This document shows, piece by piece, positions 1-13,000 of a DNA stretch of 64,000 nt. Under the pieces are notes generated by a model. It ran no database searches, was not told the DNA's origin, and saw only the letters and a list, made by a program, of their open reading frames with translations. The stretch is from NCBI GenBank assembly GCA_964252035.1, contig OZ176215.1. One strand, written 5' to 3'. Each line of letters starts with the position of its first letter. The first letter of the stretch is position 1. This DNA is from Podarcis erhardii (lineage: Eukaryota). Position numbers and translations under genes: made by a program.

Positions 1-87
1 GCTCACCCCATTGTGGAGATTCGAACTGCCGACCTTCTGATCAGCAAGCCCAAGAGGCTCAGTGGTTTAGACCATAGCGCCACCCGC
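1..87 (-). mobile_element. Sauria-SINE-like 5' head (truncated by window edge)
   Basis: Reverse complement gcgggtggcgctatggtctaaaccactgagcctcttgggcttgctgatcagaaggtcggcagttcgaatc with Pol III B-box. Confidence 0.65.
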
Positions 88-204
88 TTGGTGTGTAAGT
101 AATGCTTAACATATTAGTGCTTGGCAGACAAGTCATGACGACCTCTCACTGCTGCGGTGTCCAACTCGTGTCTGTAATGGCACCGAGGCTTTGCAGGTTG
201 TGTT

Positions 205-419
205 GTTAAGATGACACTTTTCTTTAATAAAGGGTCTTTTGACATCCTTTGGTATCCCTGCACCAAGCCACTTTGGGCCTGTGGATCAGCACAATCGGCA
301 TAGGATTCATGAGCTTTGCAGCAGAGCTGTCTCGCCTCTTGGGGGCAGCACTTGCTTGGAGGTCCCGATCTTCATTTTGGAATCGATTCCTAACCCAATG
401 CAGCAAGAAATCTGCTTGA
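205..419 (-). other. ANKRD35: Probable non-coding terminal exon (3' UTR) of ANKRD35
   Basis: Donor-like cat|gtgaga 35 nt after the stop (exon end 919), acceptor ttccttcctatgtag at 421/420, ATTAAA on the minus strand at 223-228; the 3' end is approximate. Confidence 0.5.
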
Positions 420-579
420 CTACATAGGAAGGAAATGAACTTTAGACGGGCTCAGAAAGTATTCTGAGTGCTTTGAGCATGTTCTTTGGGTGTGCAAAAT
501 AGCTCCCCCCCTCTTTTTGACTAGGAGTGGGATCTTTGATGGTTGGTGGCTTCTACAAGCTACCAGAATATTACTATTA

Positions 580-820
580 CAGTGGTACCTCGAGTTACAA
601 ATGCCTCAGGTTACAAACGCTTCAGGTTACAAACTCCGCTAACCTGGAAGAGTTACCTCGAGTTGAGAACTTTGCCCCAGGATGAGAACGGAAATCGTGT
701 GCCAGCGGCACAACGGCAGCAAGAGGCCCCAATAGCAAAAGCACACCTCTAGATAAGAACAGTTTCAGGTTAAGAACGGACCTCCGGAACGAATTAAGTT
801 TGTAACTAGGGGTACCAGTG
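580..820 (+). mobile_element. Tigger/pogo-like MITE copy 1
   Basis: TIR CAGTGGTACCTC...GGTACCAGTG, TA on both sides, internal cttcaggtta sub-repeats. Confidence 0.88.
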
Positions 821-953
821 TACTATTATTACTGTTGTTATTATTATTATTAAATTGCATTGCATTCAAAGGGCACAGAGCAGTTCACAACCAAAAAAAT
901 ACATAACAACAATCTCACATGAAGGGGAAGTGGGAGGCCTGGAAATTTGCCAG

Positions 954-1016
954 TCAACCGTCGTTTGTCCTCAGGATCCGTAGCAGCATCGCATGGACTT
1001 CCTCGTCCATGAAACC
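954..1016 (-). CDS. ANKRD35: ANKRD35 exon 13 coding part (GFMDEEVHAMLLRILRTNDG*)
   Basis: cag acceptor, TGA stop at 956..954. Confidence 0.9.
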   Translation of the reverse strand, partial: GFMDEEVHAMLLRILRTNDG

Positions 1017-4000
1017 CTGAATTGGAGAAACACCACACGTCAGACCCTGGGAAAATTCACCAGCATCTTAGCTGAAATTTCTCCCAATAATGACTTTTCT
1101 GCATTTATTTATTTTATTGCATTTGCAGTCCATCTTCTTCTCCAGGGAGCTCCAAGTGGCACACTTGGTGTCCCCCCCCCCAATTTTATCCTCACAACAA
1201 CTCTGTGAGGTAGGTTAAGTTGAGGAGCAGTGACCGAGCTCAAGGTCACCCAGTGAGCCTCACTGTCAAATGGGATTTTGAACCCTGGTCTCCCAAGTCC
1301 TAATAGTCTGCCACTCTAACCACTATACCACACTATATGCCGTTTTGCCTAATGCAGACATGGCAAAGTGCCTTTTGGTATGTTATTTCCTTTTTTATAT
1401 AACAGTTTATTAATTTTCAAAAATAAAATTCAAAAATAAAATATAAAAACAGTATAAAAACAAAACAAAATGAATCAATTATGACAATTCAGATCATACA
1501 TCTTAACTCAATTGACTTCCCTCCACTCCCCCTCTTGGTTCCATTGTATTAACTTATTCATGCATGTTCCTAGAGCCTTATATTCTTAATAATCCAATCT
1601 TAAAACCTTATTCATCTTAATACAAGTAACATTTAGAAGTTCTAGTAATGTACAAATCTATAGATTTATTGGTATGTTATTTCTATTAAAATATGTGGCC
1701 TTATACACACTCCCCCGATACATGCAATGTTTGCAACACATCTATTGACTGGGAAACTGCACCCAAAAATCGGGAGAAATGTGAATTTTGAAGGATAGTG
1801 GAACAGTACTCATGTATTGTTCCAGAACTGTCAATTAGGTACCTTAGCCTTTCATTGTGGGCTGGCAAGAGATCATGTGACTGGATGCTCCTCCCCATAT
1901 TACAAAAACAAGCACATCCCAACGCATAGAGAAAGCTAGACATCACGGAGGGGCATTTCGAGCCTAGTTTTCTTTTGCTGACATGCCAGAGTTCTATATG
2001 CCTTTTTCAATAATAAAAAATAATCCCCATCTGGGAGTTTTTGAAACATGCAACCCAGATCTGCTGAGAGAGGGGGTTCAGTAGAGGAAGGTCTGCTGTG
2101 TGCATAGATCAGCCCTTATCCTTCTGACTCAGTATGGTATACAGCAGCCTTCTCCAACCTGGTGCCCCCAGCATGGCTGGGATGGGTGGAAGTTGGACTC
2201 CAAAACAGCCGGAGGGTTGGCATGGGAAGCAGAAGTTCACTATTCCCAATGGAACACCATCCCCTGTCCCCCCAAAGTTATTAAGTTTCCAGGGGTCCAC
2301 CTCTTGATCCCAGACTCTGGGAAGGAATATCTCCTCCACTCGAGGCTTAGGGACAAGCACCTCTGAAATGCTTACTTGGGCTGCGTTGAGCAGGTGTGTT
2401 CTGTAGATGGCTACAATCTCTTGGTGGTTCTTCTGGACAACCTGAAATACATATGAGTAAGCCGGTGAAATGAAGTCCACAGACATTCTGCTGGCAGAAA
2501 AACGGTGGGGGACTTCAGGAGCAGCTTGCACAACAGCCTAACCTACCTCACAGTGTTGTCGTGGGGATTAAATGAGGGGAGAACCATGTATGCCACCTTG
2601 AGGGAAAAAGGTGAACTATAAAAGTAATAAATCAATAACAGCAGGGGAAACAGGATGGGAGCAAAAAAGGAGGAGGAAGAAAAGTGGTGGTTTAAAACAA
2701 TGGGAGAGGTCTGAATAGATTGGGAAGGGAAGAACATAGAGGGGCTGCAACTAGGGTTTTTAATTTTATTTTAAGGAAGTCTTAACAAGGAGAAATAGTG
2801 GAGGTGGGTAGAACACAGCAAAACCTTAACTCCCTTTTCGCTGTACTCAGTCCTCGTTTTAAACCTCCACTTTATTCCTCTCAGTGTAACCTCCGGTTTG
2901 CCATTACAGTGGTACCTCTATTAAGAACTTAATTTGTTCCGGAGGTTCGTTCTTAACCTGAAACTGTTCTTAACCTGAAGCACCACTTTAGCTAATGGGG
3001 CCTCCTGCTGCCACTGCGCCACCGCTGCACGATTTCTGTTCTCATCCTGAAGCAAAGTTCTTAACCTGAGGTAATATTTCTGGGTTAGCGGAGTCTGTAA
3101 CCTGAAGCGTATGTAACCTGAAGCGTATGTATCCCACGGTACCCCTGTATTTAAAACTACCATTTCCCCCCTCTCAGTGTGTCTCCATCTCTGCTCAACT
3201 CAAACCTGAACCTTGGTCTCTCCTAGTCCTCATGTAATCTCCACAACAATTATGTGAGGTAGGTTAGGCTGAGAGGTGATGTCCAGCTCAAGGTCACCCA
3301 GTGAGATTCATATGTGAGTGGGGATTCAAACCCTGGTTTCCCAGGTCCTAGTCCAACACTNNNNNNNNNNNNNNNNNNNNNNNNNNNNNNNNNNNNNNNN
3401 NNNNNNNNNNNNNNNNNNNNNNNNNNNNNNNNNNNNNNNNNNNNNNNNNNNNNNNNNNNNNNNNNNNNNNNNNNNNNNNNNNNNNNNNNNNNNNNNAAAC
3501 TGCCCAGCCATGCTGGGGGCACCAGGTTGGAGAAGGCTGTTGTGCAAGCTGCTCCTGAAATAATTTGGGGACGATGACCCCCAAGGCTCACTTCATTCTG
3601 CAGCTGGAGTCGGGCACGTTCGCTGCGCAGATTAAGAACTTCGCTTGAAAGCTTCTCTGTTTCCTTCAGCAACTTCCTGATCTGAGGGGATATGATAAAA
3701 CAGGTGGCATCCAAGTCAAATCTATTGCACGGAATCCCTGAGCAGACTCCTCAGTCTTAGTCTTCCCAGCTATATTATGGGGTAATAACATTGTAAGGGG
3801 GGTTGGACTAGATGACCCTTGGATCCCTTCCAACTCTATAATTCTGTGATTCTATGTCCTTACCAACAGGGTCACTGGTGAAGACTGGTCAAAGTTAATG
3901 GTATATTTCTAATAATGCTAACAATAATATTTGTTCCCTGTTCCCCCAAGATGGCCCTTGCAATTCAGGCAGGCCCAGTGATGCCAGGGGTTCCAGTGAA

Positions 4001-7000
4001 GTTATTGCACAGATCTTTTCTAATTCCCCACTTGCTCCTTTGATCCTGACAAATTTACTGGTTCCGCTAAAAATATGACAAATTCTCACATATTAATTAA
4101 TTCTTAAAAGCATAAAAACTCAGCTGTTATCGGGCACCTCATACTCTTGAACTGTGCTAGCCAGCCATTATAGGAACAGCTGTTTCAGAATCTGGACTTT
4201 AATATATTTTTGTGACATAACATTATATACGTATCTCCATAAATAAACAAGAACTGGTGGCTGAGATTGGATTTCCCCCCTCTTCCCTCCCTGTCCCTTC
4301 CCCTTGCATGTCGTGGGCAGGGACTGCCTTGCTTTAACTGATTCTACATTTAGCCATGTTGGGAGCCCTTTTGGACACAAATAATAAAGGCATAAGGCCG
4401 AAAGGGGTTAGCCGCCCCAGCCCTCGAAATTCCCCCTCCTACCTTCCCTTCTCTGTCCTGGCAGGTCCTGGCCAGCTCTTCCATCTTCCTATTCATCTTC
4501 TCCATTGTGCTTTCCATCATCTGGGACTTCCCTCTCAGCTCCTCCACCTCCTCCTCATGCTCCACAGCCTCAGTGATGAGCTCCTCGTTCTTCTGCTTTT
4601 CAGAAGCAAGCTCTTCCTTGAGACGGGAGCACTCCCCGCTCTCTTCCTCGTATTTCTCCCGAAGGGCGGCCAGCTCCTCTCCCAGGGCTTGCGCTCTGAC
4701 GGACAGCATGCCACGGACTTTCTCATGTTTCCTGAGGGCCTCCTCTTCCTCCTGGCGCAGTTCGGCCATCTTGGCGACGAGGCGATCAAGCACCTCCTTC
4801 AGCCGGGCGGCCTCCTTGTCTCTTCCTCCTAGGGAGACCTGGACGGCTTCTAACACTCCTTTCAGCTCTTGCAGGCCTTCCTCCAGCTCGCTCATCCGCT
4901 GCCTGACCTTCAAGTTGTCTCCGATGGCATCCGAGGCCTCGGAGGAGCCTTCCCGCCAGGCCTTGTCCTCTGCCACGGATGAGTCAAGGCCGTTGGCAAG
5001 GAGGCTGCGGTCCACCTCAAGGGCGTGGCTCTCCTCCTCCATCTCGGACACCAGCTGCAAGGCCTCGTTCTGCTTCTTCACCACGTTGTCCAGCTTCCAG
5101 TGCAGCTCCTTCAAGATGCAGCTGTCGAGATTCTCTGGCCTCAAGTGGCCGGCCTCTTTGGACATTTGCCTCAGGAAGGTGTCTCTCACGGATACCATCT
5201 CCTTCCTCTGGGCCTCCAGCCTCAGGCGCAGCTTCCTCGATTCCTCACTCTCAGCCGAGAGCTGCTGGTTCAGAGAGTCCACCGTCTGCTTCAGCTCTTC
5301 CACCAAGTTCCCTGGTGCCTCTGCCTCGGCGGGTCCATCTTTCGGAGAACACAAACTCCTCAGCTGCTCCTGGAGCTTCTCCCTCTCCCTGCTCAACTCT
5401 GCCAGCTCCTTCACGAGGCTGCCATTGTTCTGCTTGAGGTCCCACACCTCCTTCTCCAGGTCGGAGCTCTTCCGGCAGGGGCGGGCCTTGTTTTCTGCCA
5501 CCTCAGGCTTCGGCCTGAGCTTGACCTGCCCGGAAGAGCCCTCAGGGAGCTGGCTCTTGCCTTTCTCAGCTTTTCCCAGTTCCTCGGGGGCTTTGGCATC
5601 ACCCGCGGGCAGCTTCTCCTCATCTTCCATGATACCATTCTCTTCTTCTCTGTGATACCCATTCCTGTTGGCCATAACTCTCGACCCAGAGGCCAAGATG
5701 GCTTCCCGGAGAGGCCTGGCTTTCTCCAGGAGAGCAAAGTTCACCTGCTCCAACTTAGCCAGGGCTCCTTCCAGACCCACCACAATCTTCTTCCAGGCGG
5801 ACACGCTCCTCTTGACCACCCCCGATGGCACCGCTTGGAACTGCAGCTTGCTCCTGAGGGCCTCCTCTGCCTCCCACTTCAGGGCCTCGTTCTCAAAAGC
5901 CACCTCAGCGTTCTCCCTCTGCACTCTGGCATATTCTTCCTCCATTTCTGTGAGGAACTGGGACAGCTTCTCCCCAGAGGGGAGCCCACTCTCTTGCTTC
6001 CCCACCTTCTCACACTCTCCCAGGTGCTTCGCCAGCAGCCCACGCAACTGCTGGTTCTCACCCTCCAGCTCCAGCGTACGGGCCTCCATCTCCTTCAGCG
6101 TCCCGCTCTGGGCCTTCTTCTTTCCCTCGTAGACGCTGATCACGGCCCGCATGTTCTCCATGTGGCCCTCCATCTCCTGCACCCTCCTCGTGGCACTCTC
6201 TTTTTCCTCGAGGGCTGCTGCAACTTCGTCCCGGAGGCGCTTCAGCTCCTCGTTGTGGCGTTTCCCTTCTTCGGCCTCCTCCTCGCTAGGCCACAGGACT
6301 TTCTCCTCCTGGGCCATAGGGGCCTTCGGCTCCTCTTTTCCTGCTTCTTGCACGGCCGCCATTTTGGCTTGCTCTTTCTGAAGCTTCTCCTCCTCCTGCT
6401 GCTGCTTCCTCCTCTTCTTCAGCTCTTGCACTTGTGCGGCCAAGAGGTTGAGGTAATAATCTTCTTCCGTGGCATCGCGGCTGTACCGGTGGCTCAGCTC
6501 CTCACAGCCCTGGCTCCTTCCGCCCCCCTCAGGAAGGAGCTGGTTGATCTCCTGCACCTGGTCCCAGACCCTCTCCTTTGTCACTTTGCACCCTTCCAGG
6601 AGGGTGTCGCATTCTTTCCTCTTTTGGTCCAACTGCAGTTCCAGCTGGATTACTTTCATTTTCTCGTCTCGGTACCTGCTCCTCCACTCCTTCAACTCAG
6701 GATCCTCCTCTTCTTCTTCATCGCTTTGGTCCCCGACTTCGCTCTGGAGGTTCAGGCTACTCACATCAGTCTCTCTCCCGCTCTCAGATGGAACCTGGAG
6801 GCACAACCCAAAACAATGCATGAGCTAACTGAGAGACAGAAGGTTCTGACCCATCTGCAACAGGTACACATGGCTGCAAGGCAGGGGATGTTGGTTTCAG
6901 TACCATGGATAGCTCCTTCCTTGGAGATGTGCCCCCAGGAAGAAGCTGTCTGTGGTACTGAAATCACAAGCCAGTGGTCTGTGAGGCCAAAGACACAACT

Positions 7001-10000
7001 GAGCAGATAAATTAAGGTTAATGTTACCTTTGTACAGTTGGCTAGTTTGTATTCTCCATCCAGACAAGCAAGAGGTATTCATAGAATCATACAATTGTCG
7101 AGTTGGAAGGAACCCTGAGGGACATCTAGTTCAATGCCATGCAATGCAGGAATCTCAACTAAAGCATCCATTGCAGATGGCCATCAATAACAACAACAAC
7201 AATAACAACAACAACAACAACAACAACAACTAGCCTTTCACTCTAAAGTCCTAGGGTGGGTTCCAGCAATTAAAACACAATATTAAAAACAGTTTAAAAC
7301 AACTGCAGAAAAAAATGTGAGTTCAAAAAATATACATTTCAAGTGTCAAAGGCCAGGGTAAAGAGATATGTCTAATGAAAGTGCCAGACACACCTCACGG
7401 CGGGGTGAGTTCTACAACTTAGGGGCCATCACAGAGAAGGCCCTCTCCCAGGCTGACACTACCCCAAGCTTTTGAGGGTGGTAGAACAACCAAAACAGCT
7501 CTCTCTGTCAGTCTTAAGACCTGATAGGTTCTGCGGGAGAAAAGGCTCTTTTTCAGGTATTTGGGACCTGTGTCATTTAGGGCTTTAAAAACTAACATGA
7601 CCACCCTGAACAGGGCTTGAAATCAAACTGGCAACCAGATTTTTAAAACAGGGGTTATAGGAAATCTAAATGGAACCCTGGCCAATAATGCAACTGCAGT
7701 GTTTTGGACCAGTTGAAGTTTCCAAGACATCTTCAAGGGCAGCTCCAACAGTTTCCAGGAAAAAGTTTATTAAACAAATAAGCATCCCCTTCTTACCTGT
7801 GAACCAGTCTCTGATGAATAATCGCATCCTAGTTCTGTGGAAGTTGAGAAAAAAAGGATTTGAGCGGAATGATATTCTGGAAGCGCATATCCCCAAAGCA
7901 CTTTTTTGCCTACCTCTGCCCTGAATTCCTTCTATCCAGGTCACAAGATAGGACTCAGATACTGGTAAGCAACAAGAAAGCGGAATGAGTAAAAAAGGTT
8001 ATTGCTCTTGGACAGTTAACCACATTACAACTAATGCTTCTGGTTATGTGAGTTGGACCACCTTGATCATAGTGAATGAGTGGTCAAGGTCAGGGTTGGG
8101 GAACTTCTTTGACCCGAGGGGCCACATTCTCTTCTGAGAAGCCTTCTGAGGGCCACATGCCAGAACTGGCAGAATAATGAATGTGCCTTTTACCTTTGTA
8201 CAGTAGGTTGGTTTGTACACCCCCACCCTCTATCCTCCATCCAGTTAAGTAAGATATGGTACGTTTTACCAGAATTTAACAATAAATTCCTGCCAGACAG
8301 AAATGCAGTCTGAAGCAAGGCCGCTGAGGGATGCAGAGTCCTATAGGTCAGATAGAGAGGCCTAGATGCGCCCCCTGCTTTGAGCCTTAGAGGCCCCACC
8401 CCTTCTGTGATCACAGAAAGCCATTTGGGGTGAAGGGCCTTTTGTGGAGAGCGTGGTGCTAGAAATGTGGTTTTGCTGTATTTGTATACAGCTGAAAACA
8501 CTGGCAGCGTTAAGATAAATTCAATAGTGTAAACAAGTTTTGATGGATGCAATAATGGAATACTGAATTGTATAGTTTTTGTAAAACAGAGAAGAAGGGA
8601 AGTCATTGATATCTTAAGGATGTATAATGAAGAAGAAGAAGAAGAAGAGTTTGGATTTGATATCCCGCCTTTCACTCCCCTTCAGGAGTCTCAAAGCGGC
8701 TAACATTCTCTTCCCTTCCTCCCCCGCAATAAACACTCTGCGAGGTGAGTGGGGCTGAGAGACTTCAAAGAAGTGTGACTAGCCCAAGGTCACCCAGCAG
8801 CTGCATGTGGAGGAGCGGAGACGCGAACCTGGTTCCCCAGATTACGAGACTACCGCTCTTAACCACTACACCACACTGGAGTATTTTAAATTGTAAAACA
8901 GAAAACTTAATAAAATTATATACAAGATACAAAAGAAATAAGAAATGTGGTTTTGCTGACTGTAGTGGGAGTGCCTGTTTTCCTCCACTTATGCTCTACT
9001 TGTCATTTTGCAAACAAAACAAATACAGTGGTACCTCTGGTTACGTACTTAATTCGTTCCAGAGGACCGTTCTTAACCTGAAACTGTTCTTAACCTGAAG
9101 CACCACTTTAGTTAATGGGGCCTCCTGCTGCTACCGCGCGATTTCTGTTTTCATCCTGAAGCAAAGTTCTTAACCCGAGGTACTATTTCTGGGTTAGCGG
9201 AATCTGTAACCTGAAGCATCTGTAACCTGAGGTACCACTGTATTGGTGCTTCCTCATCCAAAGAAAACAGGGATCTCCTTAGTGCACCTGATCCCATTTG
9301 CAAATGAACATTCCAGGGCTCACTCTAAGCTCCTGGCTGTTCCTTTGTGGCCACACCTATACCTGCCACACACCTGACATCACATGGGACATCAGGTGTA
9401 GGGCACGTGGGTGTGGTTTGTGGTGAATGACCTCACAAGTCAAACTGAGACCCTTTCTGGACTGAACTGACCTGAATCTCCCTAGCTGTACCCTAAGGAA
9501 CCCTTGCTACCCCCAAGAATAGTGGAAGAAGCTGTCCTGTCACCAGTGTTGAATTAAGATCCAACCACTTGTCTGACTGGCTTCAGTACATAGAAAGATG
9601 CGGCATATTGTCCACTGGTTAAGAAGTAACGTGTTTTGGACCAGCCTTGGAACACCCTGGGGAGAGGCCCAGGAGCTTGGGAGGTGCAGATCTGGATGCT
9701 GGGCAGGGGGATGATTGGGTTGTCCAGAGAAGGTCCTGCCTCAGTGTCTTTGGATGCCCCAAATGTGTTAGCAGACCCTCCTGATGTGATTCTGACACCA
9801 TGTCCCACCAGGAAAGCTCTTGTGTCTGAGGCCACATCAGATAGATAGGTGGCAATAGAACATGGCGACGGTTGTACCCGTGCAATGAGATCTAGTTGCC
9901 TTGCAGGAGTGCCCGCTTTCTTGCCCAATCACATGCCTAGGGATGACCACCCTAGGCAAATGACTGTACCTGCTCTGCTGTTCAAAAAGGGTATTCGTGG

Positions 10001-13000
10001 TGGGGTGCATGTCAGGCTTGGGGAAAATGTCTTAGTTTGCACTTAGCCATATGCCTTAGAACTCTGCTCTGAACTTCGCCACCAGCATGGTGTGGTAGTT
10101 AGAGACTAGGACTTGGGAGCCCTGAGTTCAAATTTCCACTCGGCCATGAAGCTCATTGGGTGACCTCAGGCCAGTTGCTGCCTCTCAGCCTGACCTACCT
10201 GACAGGGTTGTTGTGGGAATTAAATAAGGGCTAAGACCCGGGACAGACCAGGATTCAAGTCATCCCCCCCCAACTTGGCCATGAAGCTTGCTGGGCGACA
10301 TTTGGGGTCACTCACTGTCCCTCAGTCTAACCTACCTTGCAGGGTTGTTGTGTGGATTAAATGAGGATGGGGAGAACCATCTAAATAAACAGAACCTACA
10401 CCATCTATGTCTGGGCATTATAGTGATTTTGGAACCGAGTCTTTGGCAATGAGCCAGCTGAGAGTCTGAGAAGCCAGGGCACTGGCCAGCCAACCGCTCC
10501 CTTACCTTTTTTCTTCCACTTCTTCAGGGCAGCCCGGACCAGCCTCCTCAGTTTGCGATTCTTGGCCTGCGTGGCGTAGTAGAGGGAGTCGTGGCCTGTC
10601 TTGTCAAGAAGCGTCACATTGGCCTCATTCTGCAGAAGCAGCTCAGCTGACTCGGTGCTTCCACTTTCACAAGCAAGGATGAGAGCTGTCCTGTGCAGGA
10701 GCAGAGGAGAGAAAGATAGGCAGTGTGGTGTAGTGGTTAGAGTGAAGAAGTAGGGCCTGGGAGAGACCAGGGTTCAAATCCCCACTCAGCCGTGAAGCTC
10801 ACTGGGTGTGACCTTGCACTCAGCCACTGCTCCTCAGGCTAACCTACCTCACAAGGTTGTTGTGAGCATAAACCGGGGGGGGGGGGGATGACGCTCCATG
10901 CCACCTTGAGCTCCTTGGAGCAAAGAAGGTGCAACAGGCATGCCGGAAATAAAAATAAATAGCCTCCTCACAGGAGGAAAGGCAACAGCAGGAGATATTT
11001 CAGCTGGGGTGTTCAGGAGATCATTAACAGCAGCTGAATCAGACCAGTGACTGTGTGGAGGGGGAAAGGGTTAACACCCCACCCACTGCACTCATGATCT
11101 TGATTCCCCCCCATCTGCTGCAATTTGAGGGAGTGGGGGAGGGGGAGATATAAGGGTTAAAGTGAGTTAGAGTTTGTGCCTAGAGACAAGGGATGGACCA
11201 CAGGGAAGGCAAGAGCAATCTATGCAGGCCATAACCCAGCCAGAATAGCTATGCAACAGGCTAGCTGCACCTGGGGAAATGGTACAGCTGTTTCACTGAG
11301 GTTTTTTTTAAAAAGTGGGACTTTCTGAACTCCTGGGGATGGAAGGAATGAAGGCTGAACAGAGAAAGTATGAACAGGAGATTTGCAGTTGTGCTGTTCA
11401 TGACATCCAGCTAATGCCCCATAAGAAGCATAGCAGGAGATGTCCAGTGTCAAAGCCTCCAGAGACTCACTTTCCATCCTTATCAATGAGGTCAACCTTG
11501 GCCCCTCTCTGCAGCAACTGGGAGCAGATAGCAGGCTGGTTCCCCTGGGCAGCGATCATCAAAGGCGTCCGTCCATTCTGGAGAAAAAGCGTGGAGAAAA
11601 GAAAGAAGATTCTTGGAATCTTGCTTTGCGGTGAGAAGGCATGTAAAATTAAGAATAGTAATAGCTATAACTGTGTAACTTCCAGCTGTTCAAGAGAGGG
11701 GCAACTGGTTCTGGAAGACACCCCCCCCCCCGCCCCAAGAAACTATCAATTCACACTGGACCACACTGTAATTCACACTGGACCAATAACCTCCATAACA
11801 GATGTCAAGATTCTAGCCCTCAGTGGGTAGAAGGACCAGCAGCAACTTTCACAGTCCAGCCTGGTAGGGCTGTTTTTTTTTTGCAGCTGGACAAGGAAAA
11901 GGGCAGGAGAGGCTTCTCTTGAGGGTCTCCCCCCCCCACTTCATCACACTCCTAACTATAACTCATAGTCAGCTGCCCCAAGTCCGATACTACCGTGGAT
12001 CCATCGCCCCCAGATTTTATTTTGATACGCCAAGCAGAGCCTGTTCAGACGTACATTATCCATGACATCCAGGAAGGCCTCTTGATCACACAGGAGCAGC
12101 ACGCTGGAAGCACACCCGGAGATGGCTGTTAGCGGGGGCGATTTTAAAAAGTGGAGGAAAGCAAGGGTTAAAAGTCAGGGCTTTTTATACCATACGCATA
12201 ATAATATATACATGCAAATAACATACATATTTCGATAGCAGTTTTCTCCCAGGCCAGCTAGCACACTCTAGAATATAAACAATGCATCATACTTGTTTTA
12301 AAAATCTGAGAAACGCCTATTTCTTTAGATCCGGATGGCTGCAATGTGCTTTATGTGGGGCTTCCCTTGTGCTTGACCTGGAAGCAGCGGTCAGTGCAGA
12401 ATGCTGCAGTGCAGTTGTGAGGTGCTGTTCAGAGAGTTGCATTGGCTGCAGATTTATTACTGGGTCAAGTTCAAAATGTTACTATTAGCATATAAAATGC
12501 TTAACAGCTTGGGGCCAGTTTACTTGCAGGATCCGCTTATCCCACTCGACCACTTCAATCTGTGGAACTCCCGCTGCTACAGGTGCTACATAGTACCCAT
12601 TAAACATTTGTAATAAATTGGTCTTTTCGTGTGGCAGCACCCGCACTTTGGAGCTCCCTGCCTGTTGACACTGGGCAGGCATCTTCACTGTACTCTTTTC
12701 AGTGCCCACTGAAAATATTTTTGTTTAGGGACGTGTACTCAGACATTGGGCTTTTCCACACTTACCTTTTGCCCTGCTCTTTCCAGGCAGAGGCCTGTGC
12801 ATTAAAGCTCTGTGTCTGTGGTTTTTGCTTTGTTTTCTCCCAGAGCTAGTCCCGCTCTTTAAAGCTGAATTGGAGCAAATGGCTATTCAGATTTTCTGTG
12901 GATTGCTGTTTGCTCTGACTGAGCTTCAAAGAGCGGGTTTTCATGGGGAAAGCTCCAGAGCACAAAAAAACAGTGCTCAGAAACAGATCTTTAAAGCACA

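Noticed and set aside
2145-3539. Single composite hAT element capturing exon 12
   Set aside because: Flanks gtatacag and ttgtgcaa do not form a TSD, and exon 12 is an ancestral exon.
3250-3584. ORFs running through the N gap
   Set aside because: Artefacts of unknown bases; only 3592-3681 is a real exon.
4350-6821. 823-aa ORF as a stand-alone single-exon gene
   Set aside because: It starts at a non-ATG intronic codon; the splice sites at 6794 and 4443 join it in frame to the ankyrin and C-terminal exons of ANKRD35.
5025-7010. 661-aa plus-strand ORF (also 382 aa at 4507..5655)
   Set aside because: Antisense shadows of the GAG/CAG/CTG-rich ANKRD35 exon 10; low-complexity L/H/S translation with no independent gene signals.
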